64,000 nt of DNA from an uncultured Chlamydiales bacterium (GCA_963700985.1 OY969554.1:160001-224000), one strand, 5' to 3'. Numbered from the stretch's first letter, positions 30,331 to 40,513 are shown. The notes: generated by a model not told the origin, from the sequence alone. Made by a program: numbers and translations.

Positions 30331-32622
30331 TTATGCTTTTTTATGGTCAGAGCGACCAGCATTGATCTGAGTTTGTAAGCTATGTGCGGTTCCGCGTTTG
30401 AGTGAAGAAGCCATGCCATGGATCGGTAGAACGCCTTTTTGGTCTTCTTCTTTTCCTTTCAGCATGTGGTGTGAGCCGGTCACTCTTCCAGAAGGCATGA
30501 TGCCCATCTCTTTTAGACGCTTTAGAAATTTACGCACCTTCTCGCCACGGCGAATTTTAAAAGGCTCTGGTTCACTTGGGCTTTCCAGCGAGAGTGGCGG
30601 AGGCGGTGTAATAGGCGTAGCACGAGGAGGGGTGGCTTTAGCTTTTTTGGATTCAAGCGAAAGTGGATGCCCAAGGCTTTTGCCTGCAACAGCGCTAACT
30701 AAAATCGGGCCACTTGCAGGTTTAGGCTCATCAATAGCGGGTGTTAGAGGAGCCGCAGGAGTAAATGCCTTTGCTAAGAGTTCTTCAAGCCCTTCGAGTT
30801 CCATATAACTGACTAACTCTTCAGTTAGCAGGTGCTCTTCAGAATCGATCTTTGAGAAATCTGCATGTAACTCAAGGGCGGCGTGGGCGTCTTGGACGAG
30901 CATGCTCGCACGGCAGAAGTTTAAGCTTTGAGTGAAACAGACCTCTTGAAAGAAAGAGATCCATTTTTCAATGTGGATGCCTTGATTTGCTTTATCCAGC
31001 GTTGTAAGAAATGCCTCGATTTCATCCATGTGTTTATGGCGTAACTTATCCAATTGGGGTGTAAGTTGTGCCAGGTGGTCAATCACGGGTTGTAGATCCT
31101 TCAAAAAAGTGAGCCAGGATTCATACGAAAACACATCTTTTTCATCTCTTATCGAATTCCATTTAATAACCGTAGTAGTCGTGAGAAGGGATCGGAGAGA
31201 ATCTTGATCCCAAAGCTGGGCTGCATCCTGATGCATGCTTAATAAGAGAAAATCTAAGCGAGCTGCTTCACTAGAGGATAAAACAACAGGAGAAGTAGGT
31301 AAGGGTCTATTTGGGAAAGAGGCATCATCTAGCAGTTTCTTAAACAACCAATGCGCATTTAGTTGTAAACGCGTAAAGCAAAGATCTATGGATATGTATT
31401 TATCTGGATAAAGCGGCGCCAGAATTTGTTGATCCAGAATTCTAAGGCTTACATGTAAAAAATTTGAAAGCATGAAATATTGCACGAATTCTCTAAAGAG
31501 ATCCCGAACTAATTTTCCACGTACTGTTTTGGCCGCATCACTTTCACCTGGCCTGACTTGTGCTAAGGTTTTCATGATCGTCAGACCCGAAAACAGACTC
31601 TTCTCAACTTGTAAATTTAGTTCAGAAGCTATCATGATTTTCAATGGTTGCGCGATGGCTATTTTGTTTTTTTGCTTGGCCATTTTAACTAGATACTCTT
31701 GCATCTTTTCCGCGAGCAGGCTTTTAAAAGAAATAGCGTTACAATTGTGCCCATAAGACAGACCCAGTACATAAAGCTCTGTCAGCCTCATTAACTCTTG
31801 CAGAGCAACCTCAGACGTAGAGATTTTGGCTTTTGGACGATAGGGGGTCTTAGTGGATGCAACTTCGGCAGAGAACTTCCCTAGGATTTGAACAGGCGAA
31901 AGCTGTGCAACGAGTGTTAATCCAAGTTCTATTCTCTTAAGCACCTCATCAGCTTGTTTTTGCACTCCTTTGGAACGGCTTGTGCGTACAACTTGGGCGC
32001 ATTGTTGAAGATTCTTTAGGCACTCTTTCCAAGAGGTGAGTGCAAAGGCTGATCCCTCTTGACCGGTTTTCAGCCCATCGAGTTCTACTTGAGGAAAATT
32101 TCCTTGAGTGCCTTGAGTGGAAATCTTGGCCAACCCTGCAAAAGCAACAATTATAAAATCTTCACCCAGCAGTTTTGTAACTTTATGCTTATCATCTTTG
32201 GCCATGTATTTTTGCAATTCTTGCAGCTGTGCCAATAGATCGAGTGAAAAAAGTTGCCAATAGGATAGGTGTCCTGCAATCGACCAGTTCTCTATCCAGC
32301 TGCCGATGATGCCCCACTGCTTTGGGGTTAAATTGAGGTTTACAGCAAGAGTAGTTGGTGTTGGTTTACTGGTGGGCTCTAAACGTAAAATGTTTTCTGT
32401 AACCGCTGCTGCTTGTTCAGGCGCGGCATTTAAACCAAGGCCGAGGTTGCTCATATCTCTGCTTAGAGCGCTTAAAGTCGAGCGCGCTAAAAGAGAGGCT
32501 TTTTCTTCCGCTTTAGGTGCCGCACTACTTCCTGCGGCATGTTCGGTGCCAGCAGCTCCAGGATTTATCGCAGAGCCTACTGATTTTGAAAGGGGAGAGC
32601 TTACAGAACTTGGTGCAGCCAT
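30331..32622 (-). CDS. large putative effector with C-terminal HicA-like RNase domain (paralogue 3)
   Basis: Ser/Ala/Pro-rich N-terminus; C-terminal RKFLKRLKEMG...TGSHHML...VLPIHG...LKRGTAHSL. Confidence 0.75.
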   Translation of the reverse strand: MAAPSSVSSPLSKSVGSAINPGAAGTEHAAGSSAAPKAEEKASLLARSTLSALSRDMSNLGLGLNAAPEQAAAVTENILRLEPTSKPTPTTLAVNLNLTPKQWGIIGSWIENWSIAGHLSYWQLFSLDLLAQLQELQKYMAKDDKHKVTKLLGEDFIIVAFAGLAKISTQGTQGNFPQVELDGLKTGQEGSAFALTSWKECLKNLQQCAQVVRTSRSKGVQKQADEVLKRIELGLTLVAQLSPVQILGKFSAEVASTKTPYRPKAKISTSEVALQELMRLTELYVLGLSYGHNCNAISFKSLLAEKMQEYLVKMAKQKNKIAIAQPLKIMIASELNLQVEKSLFSGLTIMKTLAQVRPGESDAAKTVRGKLVRDLFREFVQYFMLSNFLHVSLRILDQQILAPLYPDKYISIDLCFTRLQLNAHWLFKKLLDDASFPNRPLPTSPVVLSSSEAARLDFLLLSMHQDAAQLWDQDSLRSLLTTTTVIKWNSIRDEKDVFSYESWLTFLKDLQPVIDHLAQLTPQLDKLRHKHMDEIEAFLTTLDKANQGIHIEKWISFFQEVCFTQSLNFCRASMLVQDAHAALELHADFSKIDSEEHLLTEELVSYMELEGLEELLAKAFTPAAPLTPAIDEPKPASGPILVSAVAGKSLGHPLSLESKKAKATPPRATPITPPPPLSLESPSEPEPFKIRRGEKVRKFLKRLKEMGIMPSGRVTGSHHMLKGKEEDQKGVLPIHGMASSLKRGTAHSLQTQINAGRSDHKKA

Positions 32623-32634
32623 TTTCTATTCTTT

Positions 32635-35049
32635 TTAACTTTTGTCAGCGCTGTTTACATGTTTTCTCAAAGCCCGCGCGAGGCCTGGCTTAAGCTGACT
32701 TCCACCACCGTGAATTGGGAGACTAAACGGCTTATTTCGACTGCCTTCTTTATTCTCTTTAGTTTTGAGTTTGGCATGCGAGCCACGCATCTCGTTTCTG
32801 GGGATGTGACCTTCATCTTTCAGGCGTGTTAAGATCTTGCGCATCTTCTCACCCCGGCGAATTTTAAATCGCTCTTCTGTGCTAGGGGCAGCAGCAACAG
32901 GTGTCGGCGCAATCACTCTAACAGGAACTGTAAAAGAGGGGAATACGCGTTGCAAAGCGGCCAATGGCGTTTTTACAGGACGTCCAACCACATCTTCAAT
33001 CATCGGAGCTTGGGGTCTGCTCAATAGGCTTGCTATAGGTTTACTAGGTGTTTCTTGCGCTGCTGCAGTTGCAACTGGGGTAGCATCAGATTTGTGCTCG
33101 GTCCTAATTTCAACCGGCGCCTTTGGAAGTGCGCTTGCCAAAAGAGTGTCGATAATTTCACTAACATCCAAATCCATATATTCTACAAGTTCGGGTGCAA
33201 GCAGGTGTGCTTCTGAGGTTATGGCATCTGAGTCAACGCTCATTTTTAGTACGGCTTCGAGGTCTTTAGCTAGCATGGAAATGCGACAAAAATCCAGACC
33301 ACCTTTAAAACCGAGATCTCCGAAAAATAAAGTCCATTGCTGTCTTTCCACTTGGAGTTGTTTAGGGTCGAGAGTTTTCAGGAATCCTTCGATCAGTTTA
33401 AGGTGTGTTTGGCGCGTTTCTTCCAGCTGAGGAATCCTGCTATTCATGATGTTGATCAATTCTGCAAACTGCTCGAGAAAAGGTATCCATAGATTAAAAT
33501 AGAAGCGCGGTCGTTCCGAAAGAGTTGTGAATTGTTGGTTAGCCTGGATCAGATCCTCAAGCGTAAGGGTGCTTTGGGGAAAAAGCGTATGTAGATCTTT
33601 GCGCATGGTTGTTAAGAGGGCATCTAAATCACTTTGTTGCGTAGAAGACAAGCCGAGATGAGGACCTGCCGCCGCCGCTACGGTCAAACTTAGAAAAGGA
33701 GCTATACCTCTTGCCTCTCTTTTCAGATAAAAGTCTAAGTTCAATGTTATCCGCTTCATGGCAGTCAAAGTGCATACAAAATCGTTAGGGTATAAAGACG
33801 CTAAGATCTGCTCATCTAAAATATCAATAACATCGTGCAAAAAACCGTTGAGAAAGGCCGTTTGATTGTGCTTATAAAACAACGAAACAGCAAAATCTTC
33901 CTGATTTTTTCCCCGAATGTTTGTAATACCCTCCCTTTTGCAAAATGCTTCGTGCGTGAGCGTGCCTTGGCGCGCAGCCTCAAAATCTTCCGAGAGTTTT
34001 AATAAATCAATGGCAACAATTCTAAAGGATAGAGCCAAGAATTGTTTTAGCTTCTTAGCTGCGGCAGGCGTGTTTTGCTCTTTTTCTAAAGCTTTTACAA
34101 GCTTAATAAGCCCCTGGGCTGCAGTGGGGAGAATAGAAAGCTTTTGCGTCGCTACACCGTCTGAAAAACCTTTGAGGATGAATTCGCAATATTTCAGTAA
34201 GTCTTTTAACGTCTTTTCTGGAGAGGCATTACAAAGAGAAGAAGCTTTTGGAAATTGCTCCTCTAAGTATGAAAGGTTAAGATCACAAAGAAAGGTAAGC
34301 GCCTGGGGGTGTTGCAATAATTCAGAGCCAAAACTTATCCGATCTAACACCTTCATAAGACACGTGATTGCTGTTTTATCTTTTTTATTAAGTAAAAATG
34401 GGAGTAACCCAGCTTGAAACTCTTGCATGCGTAAAATCCACTCTTTACGCGAGATCATAATGCAAAACTTGCCCTTAAATGTGTCTTTAGGCGCGTCTTT
34501 ATAAAAGAAGTGGATTTTTGGAGTCTCCTTTGGGTATCTATGCACCCGATATTCGGCAGTTAAACTCACATAACCAAACATGAAATCGCTACAGAACGTC
34601 TGCATGACGAGTTCTCTTGCTTCTTGGCGCAGATGGGGCAAAAGTTGTTGCAAATGATGAAATACATCGAGCCCCCATACCTCAGGCCAACTCAAACGGT
34701 TGTATAATGCCCAGCTTTCTAAGATGGTGTCTTGTAGCTTTTGTCTTGAAGGCGATAAATTTAATTGAACTTGTGGGATGCCATAGCGATCCAGATCTAC
34801 TTTTATTTTAGGATTTTTTGCAGGAGGTTGTAGACGCATAACACCATGAATGAGTGCATCTACATTCTCCTGTTTTTCACCTAAACGACGAGCTATTTCC
34901 CCCGCATCTTTTTGGACCATTGCGCTTAAAGCTAGACGCTGAGTTACGGATTGCTTTTCATCAAGAGGGGTTACCTGGCCTGGTCCAACCAATCTAGAGG
35001 GAGTTTCAAGACTTGTTCTAATAGTTACAGAAGGAATTGATGCGCTCAT
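32635..35049 (-). CDS. large putative effector with C-terminal HicA-like RNase domain (paralogue 2)
   Basis: C-terminal RKILTRLKDEG...RGSHAKL...SLPIHG...LKPGLARAL; shares core motifs with its neighbours. Confidence 0.75.
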   Translation of the reverse strand: MSASIPSVTIRTSLETPSRLVGPGQVTPLDEKQSVTQRLALSAMVQKDAGEIARRLGEKQENVDALIHGVMRLQPPAKNPKIKVDLDRYGIPQVQLNLSPSRQKLQDTILESWALYNRLSWPEVWGLDVFHHLQQLLPHLRQEARELVMQTFCSDFMFGYVSLTAEYRVHRYPKETPKIHFFYKDAPKDTFKGKFCIMISRKEWILRMQEFQAGLLPFLLNKKDKTAITCLMKVLDRISFGSELLQHPQALTFLCDLNLSYLEEQFPKASSLCNASPEKTLKDLLKYCEFILKGFSDGVATQKLSILPTAAQGLIKLVKALEKEQNTPAAAKKLKQFLALSFRIVAIDLLKLSEDFEAARQGTLTHEAFCKREGITNIRGKNQEDFAVSLFYKHNQTAFLNGFLHDVIDILDEQILASLYPNDFVCTLTAMKRITLNLDFYLKREARGIAPFLSLTVAAAAGPHLGLSSTQQSDLDALLTTMRKDLHTLFPQSTLTLEDLIQANQQFTTLSERPRFYFNLWIPFLEQFAELINIMNSRIPQLEETRQTHLKLIEGFLKTLDPKQLQVERQQWTLFFGDLGFKGGLDFCRISMLAKDLEAVLKMSVDSDAITSEAHLLAPELVEYMDLDVSEIIDTLLASALPKAPVEIRTEHKSDATPVATAAAQETPSKPIASLLSRPQAPMIEDVVGRPVKTPLAALQRVFPSFTVPVRVIAPTPVAAAPSTEERFKIRRGEKMRKILTRLKDEGHIPRNEMRGSHAKLKTKENKEGSRNKPFSLPIHGGGSQLKPGLARALRKHVNSADKS

Positions 35050-37301
35050 CGTTTACCTTTTCTATGTTTATTGACTTGTTTTTCGATGCTGTGTGCAGTT
35101 CCAGTCTTGAGAGAGCCATGTAAGGGCAGGATGGTCTGCTTGCCGTCATCTTTGCTTTCTAGCTTGAGGTGAGAGCCTCGAATCGATCGAGGTAGGAAGC
35201 CCAATTCTCTTAAACGCGCGATAATTTTGCGTTTTTTTTCGCCCCGACGAATTTTAAAAGGCACCTCTTCCTCGACGCGAGCTGCTCTTGCACGAGGTGC
35301 AGGTGTAGCTGTAAGCGAAAGAGTTTGTGCCAAACTTCTAGCTACAACCGCTGTTGTGGCTTGAACTGTAGTAGGCCGTGGTTTTTCAGGCTTGCCTTCG
35401 ATATCCTCAATCATCGGACGGACTGCAGTGCTAGGTTTTTTTTCATCATCCAGAGGTTTAGGTGCGAGCCTCTCGAAGATCTCTTCAAGGCCTTCTAAGC
35501 TCATTAAATCGATCAACTCTTCAGGTAGTAAATGATCTTCAGAGTTGAGTCCATTGATGTTGACATTGAGGTAAGAAACCGCTTGAAGATCTCGGGTTAA
35601 CATGCATAGGCGGCAAAAATCGAGGTTTTCTTGAAAAGAGATCTCTTCAAAATAGTCAATCCACTTTTGGCGATTTTGAGAAAGCTCGCGCGGATCTAAA
35701 GTTTTAAGAAAACTTTCAATTTTTTCTAAATGTGATAGACGTAGTTCTTCAAGGCTAGGTAGGGCCAAATCGAAAAGCTTTAGATGAGATTCAAAGAGTT
35801 GTACGAAAGGAATCCACCGGTGGTATTGTAGCTTGTCTGCCTGATGTAAATTGTCTAAACCAGATTTAACCCTATTTAATTGTTCACCAGCGGGTAAAAA
35901 AGGAGATAAAAGTGTGCGCATGCTACTTTGAACGTGAGTATGAAAAGCTCCGAGTTCAGCTTTTTGCATATCGATTAAGGAAGAGGAAGGAATTGACAGA
36001 TCTCTAAGTGGGGAAGAGGCTCTTGCTTCGGCTTTGTTTAAAAGCCAAACCAGATTGGCATCCAAGCGATGAAGAGCAGCACTGGTAGGTACGTAAACAT
36101 CTGGAAAAAGCTTTACTAGGATCTGTTTGTCGAAAATTTCCAAACAATCGTGATAAAAATCCGTGATTAGGCTGCATTGGAGCAGTTGGGCATAAAGAAA
36201 GGCCGTAAATTCCTTCTGGTTTTTTTCTCTTGCTACAGAAATTCCTTGTGACGCGCAATAACTTTTGTGCGAGAGCGTTCCGGCTTTTGCAAGAGATAAA
36301 CTGCGCTGTGTCTGCCGCTGTAGTTTTTCAAACTGTATAAGAGCATTACCTAATTTCTGTTTTATGTTTTTTACATCAGCTAATTTGCGTTTCTTAGAAA
36401 ATGTCTCAAGTGCCTCATGAAATTCTGACATACAAGAATCTTGGATGCTGAAGTATCCACGTTTTAGGCCCGAGTTAAATCCGGTGATTAAAAATTCAGT
36501 CAGGGTAGTGAGATCTTGGTGGGTTTTTTCGGTAGAGGCATGTGTTAAAGCCGCGGATTTTGGAAAATACTTTTCAAGGCTAACAAGATGATCGTCTACA
36601 AGAAAAGTGTGCGACTTTGGCTTAGAAATTAACGCAATTAGAAGATCCACCCTCTTTATAACAGCTTGAGTACGCGCAGATTTTGAAATACGCGAGCTTT
36701 TCAGCGCTTCTATGACTTGCGTCAATAAAAGAACCCAGTGACCAATTGAAATTCCTATCTCAAATCCATTGCTTGGTTTGGTTCGGTCGTAAAGTGTCAC
36801 TTCTGGAAAATTAGAATCTGGATTTGTGGCGTTTTTTATCATGATGAGGCTGATATAGCCCCAGAAAAAATCTCCACAAAATTTCTCGCGAAACATCTCT
36901 CCCGCGCCTGCTGGTAAAAGAGGGATAAGCGCTCCCATCTGTTTGAAAAGATCGACACCCAAAATTTCTAACAGGCACATTTCTTGCTGCAGCGCTAAGC
37001 TTCCGAAAATTTCATCAAGGAGTGCTCTTTCTTGAGGCGTGAGTTTGAGCGTGATTTCAGGGAGTTTCCCATGCGAAATGAGTTTCCAATCTAAAGGCGC
37101 CAAATTCATGACATTTTGCATAACTAAGCTGCTTTCAGCAGCCGTCTGCCCAGGAATGACCGGGCCAGACAATATCTCTATTGTGCCCCTAGCAAGCGCA
37201 CCGATCATATCATCTCGCGTTCTTCCATCGCTTTTTACATCTGATGCTGCAGCCAATGGGCTGCTAGTTTGTGAAGAAACTGAAGTGATTTTAGAGCTCA
37301 T
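35046..37301 (-). CDS. large putative effector with C-terminal HicA-like RNase domain (paralogue 1)
   Basis: MSSKITSVSSQTSSP N-terminus; C-terminal RKIIARLRELGF...RGSHLKL...TILPLHGSLKTGTAHSIEKQ. Confidence 0.8.
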   Translation of the reverse strand: MSSKITSVSSQTSSPLAAASDVKSDGRTRDDMIGALARGTIEILSGPVIPGQTAAESSLVMQNVMNLAPLDWKLISHGKLPEITLKLTPQERALLDEIFGSLALQQEMCLLEILGVDLFKQMGALIPLLPAGAGEMFREKFCGDFFWGYISLIMIKNATNPDSNFPEVTLYDRTKPSNGFEIGISIGHWVLLLTQVIEALKSSRISKSARTQAVIKRVDLLIALISKPKSHTFLVDDHLVSLEKYFPKSAALTHASTEKTHQDLTTLTEFLITGFNSGLKRGYFSIQDSCMSEFHEALETFSKKRKLADVKNIKQKLGNALIQFEKLQRQTQRSLSLAKAGTLSHKSYCASQGISVAREKNQKEFTAFLYAQLLQCSLITDFYHDCLEIFDKQILVKLFPDVYVPTSAALHRLDANLVWLLNKAEARASSPLRDLSIPSSSLIDMQKAELGAFHTHVQSSMRTLLSPFLPAGEQLNRVKSGLDNLHQADKLQYHRWIPFVQLFESHLKLFDLALPSLEELRLSHLEKIESFLKTLDPRELSQNRQKWIDYFEEISFQENLDFCRLCMLTRDLQAVSYLNVNINGLNSEDHLLPEELIDLMSLEGLEEIFERLAPKPLDDEKKPSTAVRPMIEDIEGKPEKPRPTTVQATTAVVARSLAQTLSLTATPAPRARAARVEEEVPFKIRRGEKKRKIIARLRELGFLPRSIRGSHLKLESKDDGKQTILPLHGSLKTGTAHSIEKQVNKHRKGKR

Positions 37302-37539
37302 TTTTTTGCCTATTTTTTAAATAAAGGTATAAAGATTATAAAGCGTTGGGTTTTAAATAAATAGTATTAATTTGTATTTACTTCGTTCAATTTAAGTTGG
37401 TATTTAAGTTTTAAAGGTAATTATTTGCATGTTCTGAAGGTAGGGTGCTGAATTGCAAATAATTACGATTGGGTCTAGATTTCTCTATCCTTGAAGAGGG
37501 AATTTTGTTAAGTATTTACTTTAATTCTTAGGGGTAGCG

Positions 37540-38427
37540 ATGTCTGCTTCACTCGTCCCACGTAGTGTGGGAACTCACGATGGTTCTTTCCATGCCGATG
37601 AGGTCACAGCCTGTGCCTTGCTCCTGCTTTTTAACCTAATAGATCGCGATAAGATCGTGCGTACGCGCGATGAGGCGCGGCTGGCCAGGTGCGAATATGT
37701 GTGCGATGTGGGCGGAGTGTATGATCCCGCACGCAAACGCTTCGATCATCACCAGGTCTCCTATCAAGGAGATCTCAGCAGTGCAGGCATGATTTTGCTC
37801 TATCTCAAAGAGAGCGGAAAAATCGATGCACCGACCTATGACTTTTTCAACCGTTCCCTAATTCAAGGCGTAGATGCGCATGACACGGGAAGAGCTTCAA
37901 CACCTGTGGGGACAGCGACATTTTCGATTGTGATTAGCAACTACGTCCCACTGACATATGATGCCTCAGATGAGCAGCAGAACCAGGCATTTTCTCAGGC
38001 GCTAGATTTTGTTTCTGGGCATCTCAAGCGTTTGTTAGATCGCTACCAGTACATTTTAGCTTGCAAAGAGCTGGTGGCAGAGAGCATGAAGAGTGATCTG
38101 CCTTATTTGCTTTTTGAGAAGCCCATCGCCTGGCTGGAAAGCTTCTTTGAATTAGGCGGAGATCAGCACCCGGCGCAGTTTGTGATTATGCCTAGCAGCA
38201 GCGGCTGGAAGCTGCGTGCCATTCCGCCTAATTCAGAAGAGCGCATGAAGCTGAGATTTCCACTGCCCGAAGCTTGGGCGGGGCTAAGAGATGGCGAGCT
38301 AGAACGAGTTTCTGGAATTGAGGGTGCAATTTTTTGCCATAAAGGCAGGTTTATTTCTATCTGGAAGACAAAAGAGGCCGCGCTTAAAGCTCTTGAAAAA
38401 ACGTTAAAAGAGAAGAAGAAATCATGA
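37540..38427 (+). CDS. MYG1 (UPF0160) family exonuclease
   Basis: THDGSFHADE, DVGG, FDHHQ, PLPEAWAGL and FCH motifs. Confidence 0.93.
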   Translation: MSASLVPRSVGTHDGSFHADEVTACALLLLFNLIDRDKIVRTRDEARLARCEYVCDVGGVYDPARKRFDHHQVSYQGDLSSAGMILLYLKESGKIDAPTYDFFNRSLIQGVDAHDTGRASTPVGTATFSIVISNYVPLTYDASDEQQNQAFSQALDFVSGHLKRLLDRYQYILACKELVAESMKSDLPYLLFEKPIAWLESFFELGGDQHPAQFVIMPSSSGWKLRAIPPNSEERMKLRFPLPEAWAGLRDGELERVSGIEGAIFCHKGRFISIWKTKEAALKALEKTLKEKKKS

Positions 38428-38765
38428 CCACGGTGTTTGCGAAGATTATCGAAGGAAAAATTCCGAGCAAAAAGGTGTTCGAAAATGAACGTATTTTGGC
38501 TATCGAAGATATCGCGCCGGCAGCTCCTGTGCATATTTTGATCATGCCTAAGAAAGCCATTGCGAGTCTTCATGCGCTGAAAGAAGAAGATCTGCCGCTT
38601 ATTGCCGAAATTGTTCAAGTTGCGCAAAAGCTGGCCGAAGAATTTGGTATTGCAGATGGCTATCGCTTACTTACAAATAGCGGAGCTGATGCCGGACAAA
38701 CAGTTTTCCATCTGCACTTTCACCTTCTGGGGGGAAAGCAGATGACTCACTTCGGGCTCGAATGA
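38424..38765 (+). CDS. hinT: HIT family nucleotide-binding protein
   Basis: AGQTVFHLHFHLLGG histidine triad. Confidence 0.93.
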   Translation: MTTVFAKIIEGKIPSKKVFENERILAIEDIAPAAPVHILIMPKKAIASLHALKEEDLPLIAEIVQVAQKLAEEFGIADGYRLLTNSGADAGQTVFHLHFHLLGGKQMTHFGLE

Positions 38766-40513
38766 AACGCTTCATTTATCCACTTGCGCTAATTCTGCCT
38801 TGCACTCTGTTTGCCATCGATCCCGATATCGGTACGCAAGAAGAGGCTGGCCGGCGTGTTTCCGCACATCTTTTGCTGCGCGATCCACATGCAGCAGTTG
38901 AAGAGGCCAAGCGCGCGCGTTTTCTTTTTCCAGAATCTAAAATGTTGCAAATCTCGCTCATCCGCGCTTTATGCGAAAAAGGCGATGAGATCGATGCACT
39001 TGAAGAGTGGAAACGCGCCACCATGCATTTTGGGGTTAAAGCTAACGAGCGCTTTTTACTCGAGATGCTGGCTTGGGGAGTGCTGAATAAAGGCGAAAAT
39101 TCGACGCAACCGATGGTAAGACTCAGTTCGCTCATCGGTGCATGCGCCACGCGCGATGCTAAGGCCGTGCCGCTGCTTTTAAAAGAGATGCGTGGCACCA
39201 ATTCCTGGTTGCGGGCTTTCGCGGTGCGGCTGGCGTCTGAATTTGGTGATGCGCCTCTTCAAGATGAGCTGATGCGTCTGCTTAAATCCGAGAAAGTTTG
39301 GTATGTGCGTTTAGAAGTGATCAAAGCCATTGGGCAGTTGCAGATTGGTGCGGCTAAAGGAATGCTCAAAGAGCTCATTGCCCATCCACGTACAATAACT
39401 GAAGAGCGTGGCTCTGCGATTATTGCTTTGGTTAACATGTATGAACAGGTTGAACCTGAAGATCTCAAACAGCTACTGCATAGCAAACGGGCCGGTCTTC
39501 GTGAGCTAGCATGTGAGATCGTAGGGCATCTAGAGCTTGAAGACAAATTAGGCGAGCTACTTCCGCTTTTACAAGACACCTCGTTTGAAGTACGCCTAGC
39601 CGCACTTAATTCTATTGGATTGATGCACAATCCGAAACTTCCCAAAGAGCCAATTTTAGAGAAGGTCCGCGTCTGTTTGGATGATGCAACACCCCAGGTG
39701 GCTATTACAGCTGCATGGGTGATGATGGTCTATGGAGAAAAAGAAGGAGAGGTTCGGCTGCATAAGTGGGTTAAGGAGAGCGATCCTCAGATGCGTAGAT
39801 TAGCTTCTGCTGCGGTGGCTTTCTCTGGAATTCAAGGACTTCCTTTGGCTAAAAAGTTAATTCGAGAGAGCGATGATGTCTATGTGCAGGTTAATTTGGC
39901 CATGGGCCTAATTGGCTTGCGTCAAGAGACTGGACTTGCTTGCGATGTAATCTATCGACTTTTTTCTAAGCAGCACAAGGAACTCTGGATGTGGGATAAC
40001 CACCTAAATCCGTTATTTCGCAGCCTATCTCCTTCGCGTGTCAGTCATGTGGAACATATTCCGCACTATCCCATGGTGATCGATCAGCTCGTAAAGCTCG
40101 ATCTGCTCTCAGTACTTAGTATCATGCGTTATTCCAAGGCGCTCGATGCCGTGAAAGGATTTTTAAATAATCAGACTTGGGGCGTAAGTGGAGCTGCAGC
40201 TGCCACGCTTATGGAAGAGGGAAGTGATGAATGTTTAAATTTGGTTGAGCGTCTGCTTACCGATCCCGATCAGAAAATCCGCATGCAGGCAGCTTTTATC
40301 ATGGCCATGATTGGAGGCGAAAGCTCAGCCATCAAAGTTCTTCAAGAGGTTTATCCGCGCATGGATCGTGAGACCAAACTCTATATTTTAGAAGCTATTG
40401 GACATGTGGGTGATCCGACTTCGATTCCATTTCTTCTCGAGATACTGAAAGAACCCTTCCAAGTTCAACGCTTGGTAGCTGCCTCTGCGCTTATTCAGTG
40501 TTTATACCACTAG
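38762..40513 (+). CDS. HEAT-repeat exported protein
   Basis: Signal peptide and repeated L.D....VR..A...LG helical units. Confidence 0.8.
   Translation: MKRFIYPLALILPCTLFAIDPDIGTQEEAGRRVSAHLLLRDPHAAVEEAKRARFLFPESKMLQISLIRALCEKGDEIDALEEWKRATMHFGVKANERFLLEMLAWGVLNKGENSTQPMVRLSSLIGACATRDAKAVPLLLKEMRGTNSWLRAFAVRLASEFGDAPLQDELMRLLKSEKVWYVRLEVIKAIGQLQIGAAKGMLKELIAHPRTITEERGSAIIALVNMYEQVEPEDLKQLLHSKRAGLRELACEIVGHLELEDKLGELLPLLQDTSFEVRLAALNSIGLMHNPKLPKEPILEKVRVCLDDATPQVAITAAWVMMVYGEKEGEVRLHKWVKESDPQMRRLASAAVAFSGIQGLPLAKKLIRESDDVYVQVNLAMGLIGLRQETGLACDVIYRLFSKQHKELWMWDNHLNPLFRSLSPSRVSHVEHIPHYPMVIDQLVKLDLLSVLSIMRYSKALDAVKGFLNNQTWGVSGAAAATLMEEGSDECLNLVERLLTDPDQKIRMQAAFIMAMIGGESSAIKVLQEVYPRMDRETKLYILEAIGHVGDPTSIPFLLEILKEPFQVQRLVAASALIQCLYH

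Noticed and set aside
30398-34417. Plus-strand ORFs (30398..30808, 32837..33430, 33917..34417) as HicB antitoxins
   Set aside because: They are antisense shadows of the large genes, with no HicB-like motif or plausible RBS.
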